Of a stretch of DNA of 64,000 nucleotides, positions 55,260-63,153 are shown piece after piece. The position numbers and the translations under genes were made by a program. The stretch spans positions 64,069 through 128,068 of the forward strand of contig CBFCWN010000001.1 of assembly GCA_965601515.1 (NCBI GenBank), written 5' to 3'. Position 1 is the first letter of the stretch. The number at the start of each line of letters is the position of its first letter. Source of the DNA: an uncultured Myxococcales bacterium. GTDB lineage: Bacteria; Myxococcota_A; Polyangia; Polyangiales; Houyiibacteriaceae. Below the pieces are notes generated by a model that saw nothing but the letters and a program-made list of their open reading frames with translations, did not search any database and was not told the DNA's origin.

Positions 55260-57013
55260 GGCTTGCTGAGGACGAGGAGCGCGGTCTCGGCAGCGAGGTT
55301 CGGGTCCTCCTCGGGTGACACCACTCGGTTGCGGGTGTCGTCGTAGTAGCGCGCCTCCTCTACTGTGACGCCCATCTTGTCGCAAAGGTCGAGCATGTCG
55401 CGAATGGACGGGAACCTTCGGTTGGGCGTGTTGTACCACTCGTAGGAATAGGAGCCGGGGGCTTTCGGGGCCCGACCCTGGATGCCGAACATCTCGCGCA
55501 GCGTGCGGTGAGCGAAGTTGGTGAAGCTGACGATGGCGCGCTTGCCGACGCGAAGCGCGTCCTCGAGGAGGCGCTCGACGTTCGGCACGGCCTGCAGCGT
55601 CGAGGAGAGCACGACGTAGTCGAAGCGGTCGGTCGCAAACTCTGGAAGCCCAATGTTGAGGTCGTAGTCGATGGCGTCGACGCCGTGTTGCATGGTCGCG
55701 GCGATCAGATGGGTGCTCACCTCGACGCCACAGAGAAGCGGCGACCCCCGCGCTTTGAGTTTGGCGAGCAGGTCACCCTCCCCGCAGCCGAGGTCGAGCA
55801 CGGAGCTCCCTGCCGGGATGAGCTCCAGAATGCGGTTGTCCTCCGTCGATGCGCGTGGGGTCATCGGTGAGGTGGCGCCGAGCTTCGCGGCGACGAGCGG
55901 GGCGAACTGATCGATATCCTGTTGAAGAAGGAAGCTGTCGTGGCCACCGTCGGTATCGATTTCGCAATACGACACCGACTGGCCGAGGCTCGTAGCGAGC
56001 GCGACGAGCTCGCGGGATTGCGCGGGTGGAAACAACCAGTCGCTCGAAAACGAGATCATCAGCCAGTCGCAGCTCGCGTTGCGAATCGACTCGAGCCGCG
56101 CCTCACGCGTGTCGCCAAGGTCGAAGTTGTCCATCGCGAGCGTGACGGCCACGTAGGAGTTCGCATCGAATCGGCCCACGAACTGCTTTCCCTGGTACGC
56201 AAGATACGACCCCACGCTGAACCGCTTTTCGAAATCGGTCACGATGTCTCTTGGGGCGTGCCGATCGAGATCGAACTTGCGCGTCATCGCGTCCGACGAG
56301 AGGTAGGTGATGTGGCCAAGCATGCGGGCAAGGGCCAGGCCCGTGCTCGGGAACTCGCCGGTCGAGTAGTACTGACCATCGTGGAAGCTCGGATCGGTCT
56401 GGATGGCGTTTCGGCCGACGACATCGAACGCGATGGCCTGGGCGGTGAGACGGGCCGACGCAGCGATGACGACCGCGGTCTCGACGTAGTCCGGATAGCG
56501 GGTCGCCCAGCTCAACACCTGGTGTCCGCCGAGCGACCCCCCGACGACCGCGCGAAGATGCGAAATGCCGAGCAGATCGACGAGGCGCTTCTGCACGTCG
56601 ACCATGTCCTCCACCGTGACGAGCGGGAAGTCGCTGCCGTACGGCTTGCCGGTTTCCGGATTGATCGTGACGGGCCCGGTCGTGCCACGGCAGCCGCCGA
56701 GAACGTTCGAGCAAATCACGAAGAAGCGCTCGGTATCGAGGGCCTTGCCAGGGCCGACCATACCTTCCCACCAGCCGAGATCGTCGTCGGGGTCGTGACG
56801 TGCCGGGTGCGAGTCTCCTGTGATCGCATGGCAGATGAGGATCGCGTTGTCCCGCTTGGCATTCAGGGTGCCGTAGGTTTCGTAGGCAACCTCGACGCCC
56901 GGGAGTACCTCGCCGTGACGAAGCTTCAGCGGCTCCGGGAACACAGCGGTCTTCACGTATCGAAGTGGAGCGCCACTTCGAATCGAGTCCGTGCTTTCGA
57001 ACGCGTCGACCAC
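55250..57013 (-). CDS. metXW: homoserine O-acetyltransferase fused to MetW
   Basis: The N-terminal ~380 aa is MetX (NAILICHAITGDSH, VVGGSLGGHQVL). The C-terminal ~200 aa is MetW (VLDLGCGEGDLLAKL...VVLSSTLQAV). Confidence 0.9.
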   Translation of the reverse strand: MVDAFESTDSIRSGAPLRYVKTAVFPEPLKLRHGEVLPGVEVAYETYGTLNAKRDNAILICHAITGDSHPARHDPDDDLGWWEGMVGPGKALDTERFFVICSNVLGGCRGTTGPVTINPETGKPYGSDFPLVTVEDMVDVQKRLVDLLGISHLRAVVGGSLGGHQVLSWATRYPDYVETAVVIAASARLTAQAIAFDVVGRNAIQTDPSFHDGQYYSTGEFPSTGLALARMLGHITYLSSDAMTRKFDLDRHAPRDIVTDFEKRFSVGSYLAYQGKQFVGRFDANSYVAVTLAMDNFDLGDTREARLESIRNASCDWLMISFSSDWLFPPAQSRELVALATSLGQSVSYCEIDTDGGHDSFLLQQDIDQFAPLVAAKLGATSPMTPRASTEDNRILELIPAGSSVLDLGCGEGDLLAKLKARGSPLLCGVEVSTHLIAATMQHGVDAIDYDLNIGLPEFATDRFDYVVLSSTLQAVPNVERLLEDALRVGKRAIVSFTNFAHRTLREMFGIQGRAPKAPGSYSYEWYNTPNRRFPSIRDMLDLCDKMGVTVEEARYYDDTRNRVVSPEEDPNLAAETALLVLSKPQA

Positions 57014-57028
57014 GGGGCTTGAGCTAGC

Positions 57029-58339
57029 TCACCCCACGGCCGCGGCAAGCGCCTGATCGATGTCGGCGATGATGTCCTTCACATCTTCGATGCCGACCGA
57101 GACTCGAACGTACTCGGGCACGACGCCGGTCTGCTGCTGCTCCTCCGGGGAGAGCTGCTGGTGCGTCGTCGATGCCGGGTGAATGACGAGCGTCTTGGCG
57201 TCGCCGATGTTCGCGAGGTGCGAGCAGAGCTTCACCGAGTTGATGAACTTCTTGCCCGCTTCCATGCCGCCCTTGATGCCGAAGCCGAGGATGGCCCCTT
57301 TGCCCTTCGGCAGATAGTGGTTCGCGCGCTCGTGATCGGGGTGGCTCGCAAGACCTGGGTAGTTGACCCACTCGACCGCGTCATGCGCTTCGAGGTGTTC
57401 GGCGACCGCCTGCGCGTTTTCACAATGCCGGGGCATGCGAAGATGGAGAGTCTCGAGGCCCTGAAGGAACAGGAACGCCGCAAACGGACTCATCGCGGCA
57501 CCGGTGTCGCGGAGCCAGTGGGTACGCGCCTGCACGTTGAAGACGATGTTGCCCATCGGCGCGAGGGCATCGGCGAGGACGGCCCCGTGGTAGTTCGGGG
57601 ACGGTCCGCAAAACTCCGGCCACTTGTCGCGGTTGTCGGTCCACTGGAACTTGCCCGAATCGACGATGCAGCCGCCGATGTGAGCACCGTGGCCGCCGAT
57701 GAATTTCGTCGTCGAGTAGATCGCGATGTCGACGCCGTGGTCGAACGGCTGGAAGAGGTACGGCGTCATCACCGTGTTGTCGCAAAGGACGGGGAGCGCG
57801 CCGTGGGGTGCGGTGTGCGCGGCCTCGGTGATCGCCTTGAAGTCGGGAACGTCGTTCTTCGGGTTGCCGAGCGACTCGATGTAGACGAGCCGGGTATTCT
57901 CGTCGACGAGCTCGTGGATCTGCTCGGGCTGATTCGGATCGAAGAAGCGCACCTCGACGCCGAGGTTCTTCATCGTATTGTTGAAAAGCGTCCACGTGCC
58001 GCCGTAGAGGCTCGTCGCGGAGACGAAGTTCTGTCCGGAGTGACAGAGCGTGAGCACGGCAGCGTTAACGGCCGCCTGACCGGACGCGAACGTGAGACCC
58101 GTCACTCCCCCATCCATCGCGGCGAGGCGCTTCTCGAGCACGTCGCACGTCGGGTTCATGATCCGCGAGTAGATGTTGCCGAACTCGGCGAGACCGAAGA
58201 GCGCGGCGGCATGATCGGTGTCGTTGAAGACGTAAGAGGTGGTGGCGTAGATGGGTACGGCCCGTGAGTTGGTGGTGGGGTCGGGTTCTTGGCCTGCGTG
58301 CAGAGCAAGCGTACCGAGGCCGTAGTTCTCTTCAGTCAT
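57029..58339 (-). CDS. metY: O-acetylhomoserine sulfhydrylase
   Basis: IYSRIMNPT...IAIYSTTKFIGGHG (PLP lysine)...LGDAKTLVIHPASTTH. Confidence 0.93.
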   Translation of the reverse strand: MTEENYGLGTLALHAGQEPDPTTNSRAVPIYATTSYVFNDTDHAAALFGLAEFGNIYSRIMNPTCDVLEKRLAAMDGGVTGLTFASGQAAVNAAVLTLCHSGQNFVSATSLYGGTWTLFNNTMKNLGVEVRFFDPNQPEQIHELVDENTRLVYIESLGNPKNDVPDFKAITEAAHTAPHGALPVLCDNTVMTPYLFQPFDHGVDIAIYSTTKFIGGHGAHIGGCIVDSGKFQWTDNRDKWPEFCGPSPNYHGAVLADALAPMGNIVFNVQARTHWLRDTGAAMSPFAAFLFLQGLETLHLRMPRHCENAQAVAEHLEAHDAVEWVNYPGLASHPDHERANHYLPKGKGAILGFGIKGGMEAGKKFINSVKLCSHLANIGDAKTLVIHPASTTHQQLSPEEQQQTGVVPEYVRVSVGIEDVKDIIADIDQALAAAVG

Positions 58340-58522
58340 GACGATTTCCTTCGTGCTTCGCTCCGAGAAAGAGCGCTGGGGGGCGCGATGATAGCGGTTT
58401 TGTGGGCGTTCTCACAAGCGAGATCCTTTTGGGCCTTGGCACGGTTTTACCGATGAGAAACCAAAACTCGTGGGCATTGGGCCGCGGGATTTGCCAGAAT
58501 CTTGAGGTAGCGGGGGACACGG

Positions 58523-59257
58523 ATGGAAGCAGGGAGCCACGATTCACTGGCCGACCAGCTCTTGGAGCTGCACTCGATCCAGGAGGCGCGCGTAGCGGCC
58601 GAAGAAGAAGCGCGATTGAAGGCCGCCGAAGAGGCACGCCGGCGCGAGCAAGAGGCCGCGGCAAAGCGTCGCGAAGAGGAGGCCGCACGCCTCGCTGCCG
58701 AGGAAGAAGCGCGGCAAGCTGCCGAGCAGGCAGAGCGTGAGCAGGAAGAGCAGCGCGTCCGCGAGGCGAAAGAAGCCGAGCTTCGCGTGCAGCTCGAAGA
58801 AGAAGCGAAGGCTCGTGCAGCAGAGCAGGAGCGGCTCCTCGAGCACGAAAAAGAGATTGCCGCGATCACGGCGGCGGAGCGCAGCAAAGCGCGGAACCGC
58901 AAGATCGCCGGCGGCAGCGTGGTGGGTGCGTTGGTCGTCGCAGCGATGAGCTACGTATTCGTCATCGGTCCCGCGCTCGACCGCAAGGCGCTCGAAGCGG
59001 AGCTAGCGCGCCAGGAGCAGCAGCTTGCGCTCGAACAGAAGGAACGCGCGCAGCAAGAGCTCGAACAGGCCCAGGAGCAGGCCATGGCCGCCGAGCAGGA
59101 GAAACAGCAGCTCGAGCAGCGCATGGCGGAGCGAGAGCGTCGCCAAAAAGAGCGAGAGGCGCGCGCAAGGGAACGCGGAAGCAAGCCGGCTACTACTAGG
59201 AAAAAGAAGAAGCCCGGCTGTGCTCCCGATGATCCGCTTTGCGGTCTGCCGCTCTAG
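58523..59257 (+). CDS. Glu/Ala/Arg/Gln-rich coiled-coil protein with one central TM segment and basic Cys-containing C-terminus
   Basis: Long heptad-like charged repeats flank IAGGSVVGALVVAAMSYVFVIGPAL. Confidence 0.55.
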   Translation: MEAGSHDSLADQLLELHSIQEARVAAEEEARLKAAEEARRREQEAAAKRREEEAARLAAEEEARQAAEQAEREQEEQRVREAKEAELRVQLEEEAKARAAEQERLLEHEKEIAAITAAERSKARNRKIAGGSVVGALVVAAMSYVFVIGPALDRKALEAELARQEQQLALEQKERAQQELEQAQEQAMAAEQEKQQLEQRMAERERRQKEREARARERGSKPATTRKKKKPGCAPDDPLCGLPL

Positions 59258-59269
59258 CTCGAGTCCGGC

Positions 59270-59650
59270 TTAGAACATAGGCGTGAAGCACATCGCGAAC
59301 GCCAAGCCCTCGGCGTTGCACCCCGACACGTCCTGGCAGTCAGACTGCTCGAGGCACTCGAGCAGCGCGGCTGTTTCGTCCAGACAATCGCCGAAAATCG
59401 CACCCACATTCATTTCGCACGCTTCAACGCACTCGGCGAGGTCACCCGGATCCAGTATCTCGTCGGCACATGGGCTTTCGCAAATGGCCTGACAGGCCGC
59501 GTCGCCGCTCGTGTTGCCGGTACCGCCGCTGCCGGGGGTTCCGCCGCTGCCGGCACTGCCCCCGCCACCGGCGCTTCCGCCGCTGTCGCTATCGCCGCAG
59601 CCCGCGAAGGCCAACGTCACAACACACACACACATCAGAATTGCACGCAT
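59270..59650 (-). CDS. Cys-rich small lipoprotein with Gly/Ser linker
   Basis: MRAILMCVCVVTLAFAGC lipobox, GGSAGGGGSAGSGGTPGSGG linker, then a 10-Cys acidic domain. ATG 59650 follows GGAGAGGAGA. Confidence 0.6.
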   Translation of the reverse strand: MRAILMCVCVVTLAFAGCGDSDSGGSAGGGGSAGSGGTPGSGGTGNTSGDAACQAICESPCADEILDPGDLAECVEACEMNVGAIFGDCLDETAALLECLEQSDCQDVSGCNAEGLAFAMCFTPMF

Positions 59651-59728
59651 CAATTTCTCCTCTCCAGCTGTTCCTTGCCGACAGGAGGGCTGTACCACGA
59701 GCTTCGGCGACCGGGGAAGAAAGAACCG

Positions 59729-60943
59729 CTACTTCAGGGTGATCACGAAGTCGCCCTCGTTGCCAAGCGGCGGCCCCTCGAGGACCTCGTCGAGTCGCTC
59801 GTCGCCGAGGATGTGACGGCGGCCGAATGCGAGGAGGTAGGCGCTGAGCACGGGAACCGCCTCCTCCGCGTCGATGAACTCGGGACCACAACCATCCTCG
59901 CCCGCGTCGGGCTGGAAGATGTCACGAATCGCCTTTTCGAGGTCGTAACAGATCGTGATGAACGTGAAGTGCCCGCCCTCAGGCATCTCGATCCAAATGT
60001 CGCTGTCGCCGTCGAGCTGATTCCAGCTCGGGATGGCGGAGGTCTCCTGGGTGGTCGTTTGGTCGAGTCGGCCCGTCATCAGCATCACCGGAATCCCGAG
60101 GCCCGTGAGCGCATCTTCCTCGAAGGAGCCGATAGCAGGCGCTTGAGGTGCGAGCGCAACGACACGAGGGTCGAGAAAGCCCGCCCGAAACGCCTCCTCG
60201 TTCTCGGGCGTGTTGATGACTTCGCAGCTTGCGCTGTCGGTGCCTTCGCAGGCCTCGAGCTGCTGGTCGACGGCGATGGGAGCACCGGCTTTCGAAAACG
60301 TCGTGTATCCGCCGAAGCTGTGACCGTAGACGAACACTTCTGAGGTGACGGCTTTGCCGGCAAGCGGATCGCCGTCGAGGCCCGACTCGAAGGCGTCGAT
60401 GATGGCAGTAATGTCGGTCGGCCGATCCAGCGATGAACGCGTACCCGGGTCGGGCGTGCCGAGGAAGTCGAGCGCGGTGTTGCCCGTGTGGTTCGGAGCA
60501 ACGTGGATCCACCCGTGCGACGCCATGAGCTCACCGTACGGATAGGCGGTGAGACCCTCGCCTCCGTTTCCGTGCGAGTGGACGACGAATGGAAGTTCGT
60601 CGTCTTCCGTGATGGGGGGCGAATCGAGAGCGAGTTCAGCAGGCAGATCGACGATGCCGCCAACCTGGTAGCGCGCGGGAGGCGCATCGGAACCTGGGTC
60701 GGCCGGATACCAAACGCGCAGGAGGATCTCTCGCTCGCCACCGTCTCCTGCCGCGTCGTAAGTGATGGGAAACTCGCGGAAGCCAACGTCGTAAGGCCCC
60801 GGCTCGAAGAGCTCTTCCGGATCGGCAGACCCCGGCGGTGTCCCGGAGTCTCCATCGCTCGAGCTGCTGCCGCAGCCGAAGAGCGTCGTTGTCAAGACTA
60901 CAGCCGCGCCGACGGCTGCGCTGAAGAAAGTACGGGTACGCAT
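59729..60943 (-). CDS. lipoprotein alpha/beta hydrolase, PAF-acetylhydrolase-like
   Basis: LFGCGSS lipobox and the VYGHSFGGYT nucleophile elbow (the GHSFGG signature of PAF-AH-type lipases). Confidence 0.7.
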   Translation of the reverse strand: MRTRTFFSAAVGAAVVLTTTLFGCGSSSSDGDSGTPPGSADPEELFEPGPYDVGFREFPITYDAAGDGGEREILLRVWYPADPGSDAPPARYQVGGIVDLPAELALDSPPITEDDELPFVVHSHGNGGEGLTAYPYGELMASHGWIHVAPNHTGNTALDFLGTPDPGTRSSLDRPTDITAIIDAFESGLDGDPLAGKAVTSEVFVYGHSFGGYTTFSKAGAPIAVDQQLEACEGTDSASCEVINTPENEEAFRAGFLDPRVVALAPQAPAIGSFEEDALTGLGIPVMLMTGRLDQTTTQETSAIPSWNQLDGDSDIWIEMPEGGHFTFITICYDLEKAIRDIFQPDAGEDGCGPEFIDAEEAVPVLSAYLLAFGRRHILGDERLDEVLEGPPLGNEGDFVITLK

Positions 60944-61191
60944 CGGGCCGAAATATAGTGCAACCCCCCAGACAACCAAGACTTCAGCTCAATGAGAGAT
61001 TCGCTGAGTTTCTTCATTTCGCGGGGGATTACACGACAACGACACACTCGCGACTCCGGTCACGAATCTGGCACCGACCATCACCGCACGCCTTGGGCTG
61101 GCCACCCACCGATCACCGCGCGCGGTTCGCGTCACAGGCACCCCCTCATTCCATCGCCCGGCGAGGCCGCCTCAACCCCCCTCGCCCACCC

Positions 61192-61229
61192 ACAGGCCGC
61201 GCGGCCTGTTGTTTCTCCCGTGTTTTTGG
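61192..61229 (+). repeat. copy 1 of palindrome plus T-rich tail module (terminator-like)
   Basis: ACAGGCCGCGCGGCCTGT (perfect 18-nt palindrome) followed by TGTTTCTCCCGTGTTTTTGG. Ends 70 nt upstream of the cysD ATG. Confidence 0.8.
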
Positions 61230-61299
61230 ACTTTCGAGCATCGACATCGCACGTCTTACTTGCGAACTGTAAATCGCGTATTACGTTTCATCTATCGTC

Positions 61300-62217
61300 A
61301 TGGACGCACCCATTGAGCTTCGGCAGCTGAACGACCTCGAGCAGCTGGAGGCGGAGGCCATCTTTGTCATTCGGGAGACGGTCGCCCAATTCGACAATCC
61401 AGCGCTTCTCTTCTCGGCGGGAAAAGATTCGATCGTCATGGCACACCTTGCGCGGAAGGCGTTTCATCCGGGGAAGCTGCCGCTGCCTCTGCTGCATGTG
61501 GATACAGGACACAACTTTCGCGAGACGATGGAATTCCGCGACGAGTATGTGCAGGAGCTTGGCGCCCGACTCGAAGTCGCCAGCGTCCAACAGATGATCG
61601 ACGAAGGCCGCCTCGAAGAAGAGACCGGCCCCCACGCCAGCCGAAACGGCCTACAGATCCCAACCCTACTCCACTGCGTGGAGCAACGAGGCTTCGACGC
61701 GTGTCTCGGCGGCGGCCGCCGCGACGAAGAGAAAGCGCGCGCCAAAGAACGCTTCTTTTCCCACCGCGACCGATTCGGGCAGTGGGAGCCGAAGGGACAG
61801 CGCCCCGAGCTCTGGAACCTCTACAACGGCGCCAAGAAGCCGGGGGAGAGCTTCCGCGTCTTCCCACTCTCCAACTGGACGGAGATCGACGTCTGGCGCT
61901 ACATCCGCCAAGAGCAGATCCCCTTACCGATTCTCTATTTCGCAGCCGAACGCGAGTGCCTGACCCGCGCCGGAGTGATCCTCGCGCTCTCCGAATTCGT
62001 TCAGCCCCGCCCCGGAGAGACCGTCGAAAAAAAGAGCATCCGCTTCCGAACCATGGGAGACGCCACCATCACAGGGGCTGTCGAGTCCACGGCCTCAGAC
62101 CTGAACGCCATCATCCAAGAGGTGGCGATGGCAGACGTCACCGAGCGCGGCAACCGCGCCGACGACAAGCTCTCAGAGACCGCCATGGAAGACCGAAAAC
62201 GCGAAGGCTACTTCTAA
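61300..62217 (+). CDS. cysD: sulfate adenylyltransferase subunit 2
   Basis: LRQLNDLEQLEAEAIFVIRE...LLFSAGKDSIVMAHL...LLHVDTGHNF...EDRKREGYF C-terminus. Confidence 0.93.
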   Translation: MDAPIELRQLNDLEQLEAEAIFVIRETVAQFDNPALLFSAGKDSIVMAHLARKAFHPGKLPLPLLHVDTGHNFRETMEFRDEYVQELGARLEVASVQQMIDEGRLEEETGPHASRNGLQIPTLLHCVEQRGFDACLGGGRRDEEKARAKERFFSHRDRFGQWEPKGQRPELWNLYNGAKKPGESFRVFPLSNWTEIDVWRYIRQEQIPLPILYFAAERECLTRAGVILALSEFVQPRPGETVEKKSIRFRTMGDATITGAVESTASDLNAIIQEVAMADVTERGNRADDKLSETAMEDRKREGYF

Positions 62218-62261
62218 CCCAGGGTCCTTCGCTCGTGCGACCGCCAGTGTGCTGGCACGGA

Positions 62262-62299
62262 ACAGGCTGCGCGGCCTGTGCTTTCCCCCGTGTTTTTGG
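62262..62299 (+). repeat. copy 2 of palindrome plus T-rich tail module; probable cysD terminator
   Basis: ACAGGCTGCGCGGCCTGT followed by GCTTTCCCCCGTGTTTTTGG. 34/38 identical to copy 1. Confidence 0.8.
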
Positions 62300-62302
62300 C
62301 GA

Positions 62303-62491
62303 TTAGGCCGCAAGCCTCGACGGTGGCGGCGGTTCCTCCGGCGGAGGCACGTAGGGAAGCAGAACGTACTGCCCAGGCCGCACCTTGTGGAGCTCCTGCG
62401 GCATCACGAGCCCGTCCCATGTGATGACGATCGGGGCCCGCTCTTCCGAAGACTCCGTGAGAACGTTGTGATTGAGCACGATTGGTTTCAT
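62303..62491 (-). CDS. hypothetical small protein (62 aa, Pro-rich C-terminus)
   Basis: MKPIVLNHNVLTESSEERAPIVITWDGLVMPQELHKVRPGQYVLLPYVPPPEEPPPPSRLAA. Third-position GC is about 77%, consistent with coding. No clear RBS and no family recognised. Confidence 0.42.
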   Translation of the reverse strand: MKPIVLNHNVLTESSEERAPIVITWDGLVMPQELHKVRPGQYVLLPYVPPPEEPPPPSRLAA

Positions 62492-62523
62492 GGCCACGTT
62501 ATCGGGTGAGAGATCGAAGAGTT

Positions 62524-62562
62524 GCGTGCCGCGCGGCCCGTTGTTTTTCTTCCGTTTTTCGG
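62524..62562 (+). repeat. copy 3 (diverged) of palindrome plus T-rich tail module
   Basis: GCGTGCCGCGCGGCCCGT followed by TGTTTTTCTTCCGTTTTTCGG. Ends about 42 nt upstream of the ATG at 62604. Confidence 0.65.
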
Positions 62563-62603
62563 CCCCCATCCACTCCGCCCGCGAGTTGGTGTACGCTCGT
62601 CGG

Positions 62604-63062
62604 ATGGAAGTGGGATGGCTGGCCCTCGGCGCCGCGGGTGGTGCGCTGTCGATTTGGCTGAATGCGATGCAGGCCGAACGAATGGCCGACCGCATGCCGG
62701 ACTACGAGGTTCGGAGCTGGGCAATCTTCCTGCTGAGCGCGGCCATCATTTATGTGGGATTCGCTCTGTTCAACGGAGCGTCCAATCGCTGGCTCGCCAT
62801 CGAGCTCGTGGGCCTGGCGATCTACGGACTTGTCGCATGGAACGGCGTCGTACGATTCGCGCCGCTCGTAGGCGTCGGGTGGCTGCTCCACACGCTGTGG
62901 GACCAGCTCCTCCATCCCGGCGGCGCCCCAGGGTACGTTCCCGAATGGTACCCCGCGCTATGCCTCGGGTTCGACCTGTTCGTAGGAGTCGCACTCATCT
63001 ACCGGTTCCGGCGAGCGGACTTGATCCCAGTCGACGCCGAGCCGGCCGCCCCCGCAGGCTAG
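62604..63062 (+). CDS. hypothetical small integral membrane protein (4-5 TM)
   Basis: MEVGWLALGAAGGALSIWL...IFLLSAAIIYVGFALF...LVGLAIYGLVAW... The start at 62604 is chosen because the track N-terminus overlaps repeat copy 3. Confidence 0.55.
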   Translation: MEVGWLALGAAGGALSIWLNAMQAERMADRMPDYEVRSWAIFLLSAAIIYVGFALFNGASNRWLAIELVGLAIYGLVAWNGVVRFAPLVGVGWLLHTLWDQLLHPGGAPGYVPEWYPALCLGFDLFVGVALIYRFRRADLIPVDAEPAAPAG

Positions 63063-63153
63063 CCAGCCCGCGCAATCACCGGCAGCCGCGACTCGAAACC
63101 ACGGCGACCCGCGCTCTACCATCTCGCCAGGGCAGCTCGACGAGCAAGCAGCC

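Noticed and set aside
58340-58522. Possible SAM riboswitch in the 183-nt leader upstream of metY.
   Set aside because: The minus-strand leader contains fragments reminiscent of SAM-I (GGCCCAATGCCC, CCGTGCCAAGG, a TTTCTCAT/GTGAGAAC helix). The enclosed region is far too short, and the conserved GGAGGGA and GCAACC elements are missing. It also lacks the SAM-II AAAGCT core. The region doubles as the promoter for the divergent gene at 58523.
62251-62266. Additional sigma-54-like elements: CTGGCACGGAACAGGCT (62251), TTGGCACGGTTTTACC (58435-58450) and GGGGCACAGTTTTTCGG (11353-11369).
   Set aside because: Each keeps the -24 GGCAC, but the -12 TTGC is absent or mis-spaced (AGGC, TACC, TTCG). This is too weak to call without experimental or comparative support.
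61192-62562. The three repeat modules might be integron attC sites bounding gene cassettes.
   Set aside because: No intI integrase or attI is present in the window. The modules are only ~38 nt with a single central palindrome. They lack the R''/L''...L'/R' (GTTRRRY) organisation. The small ORF between copies 2 and 3 is in the opposite orientation.
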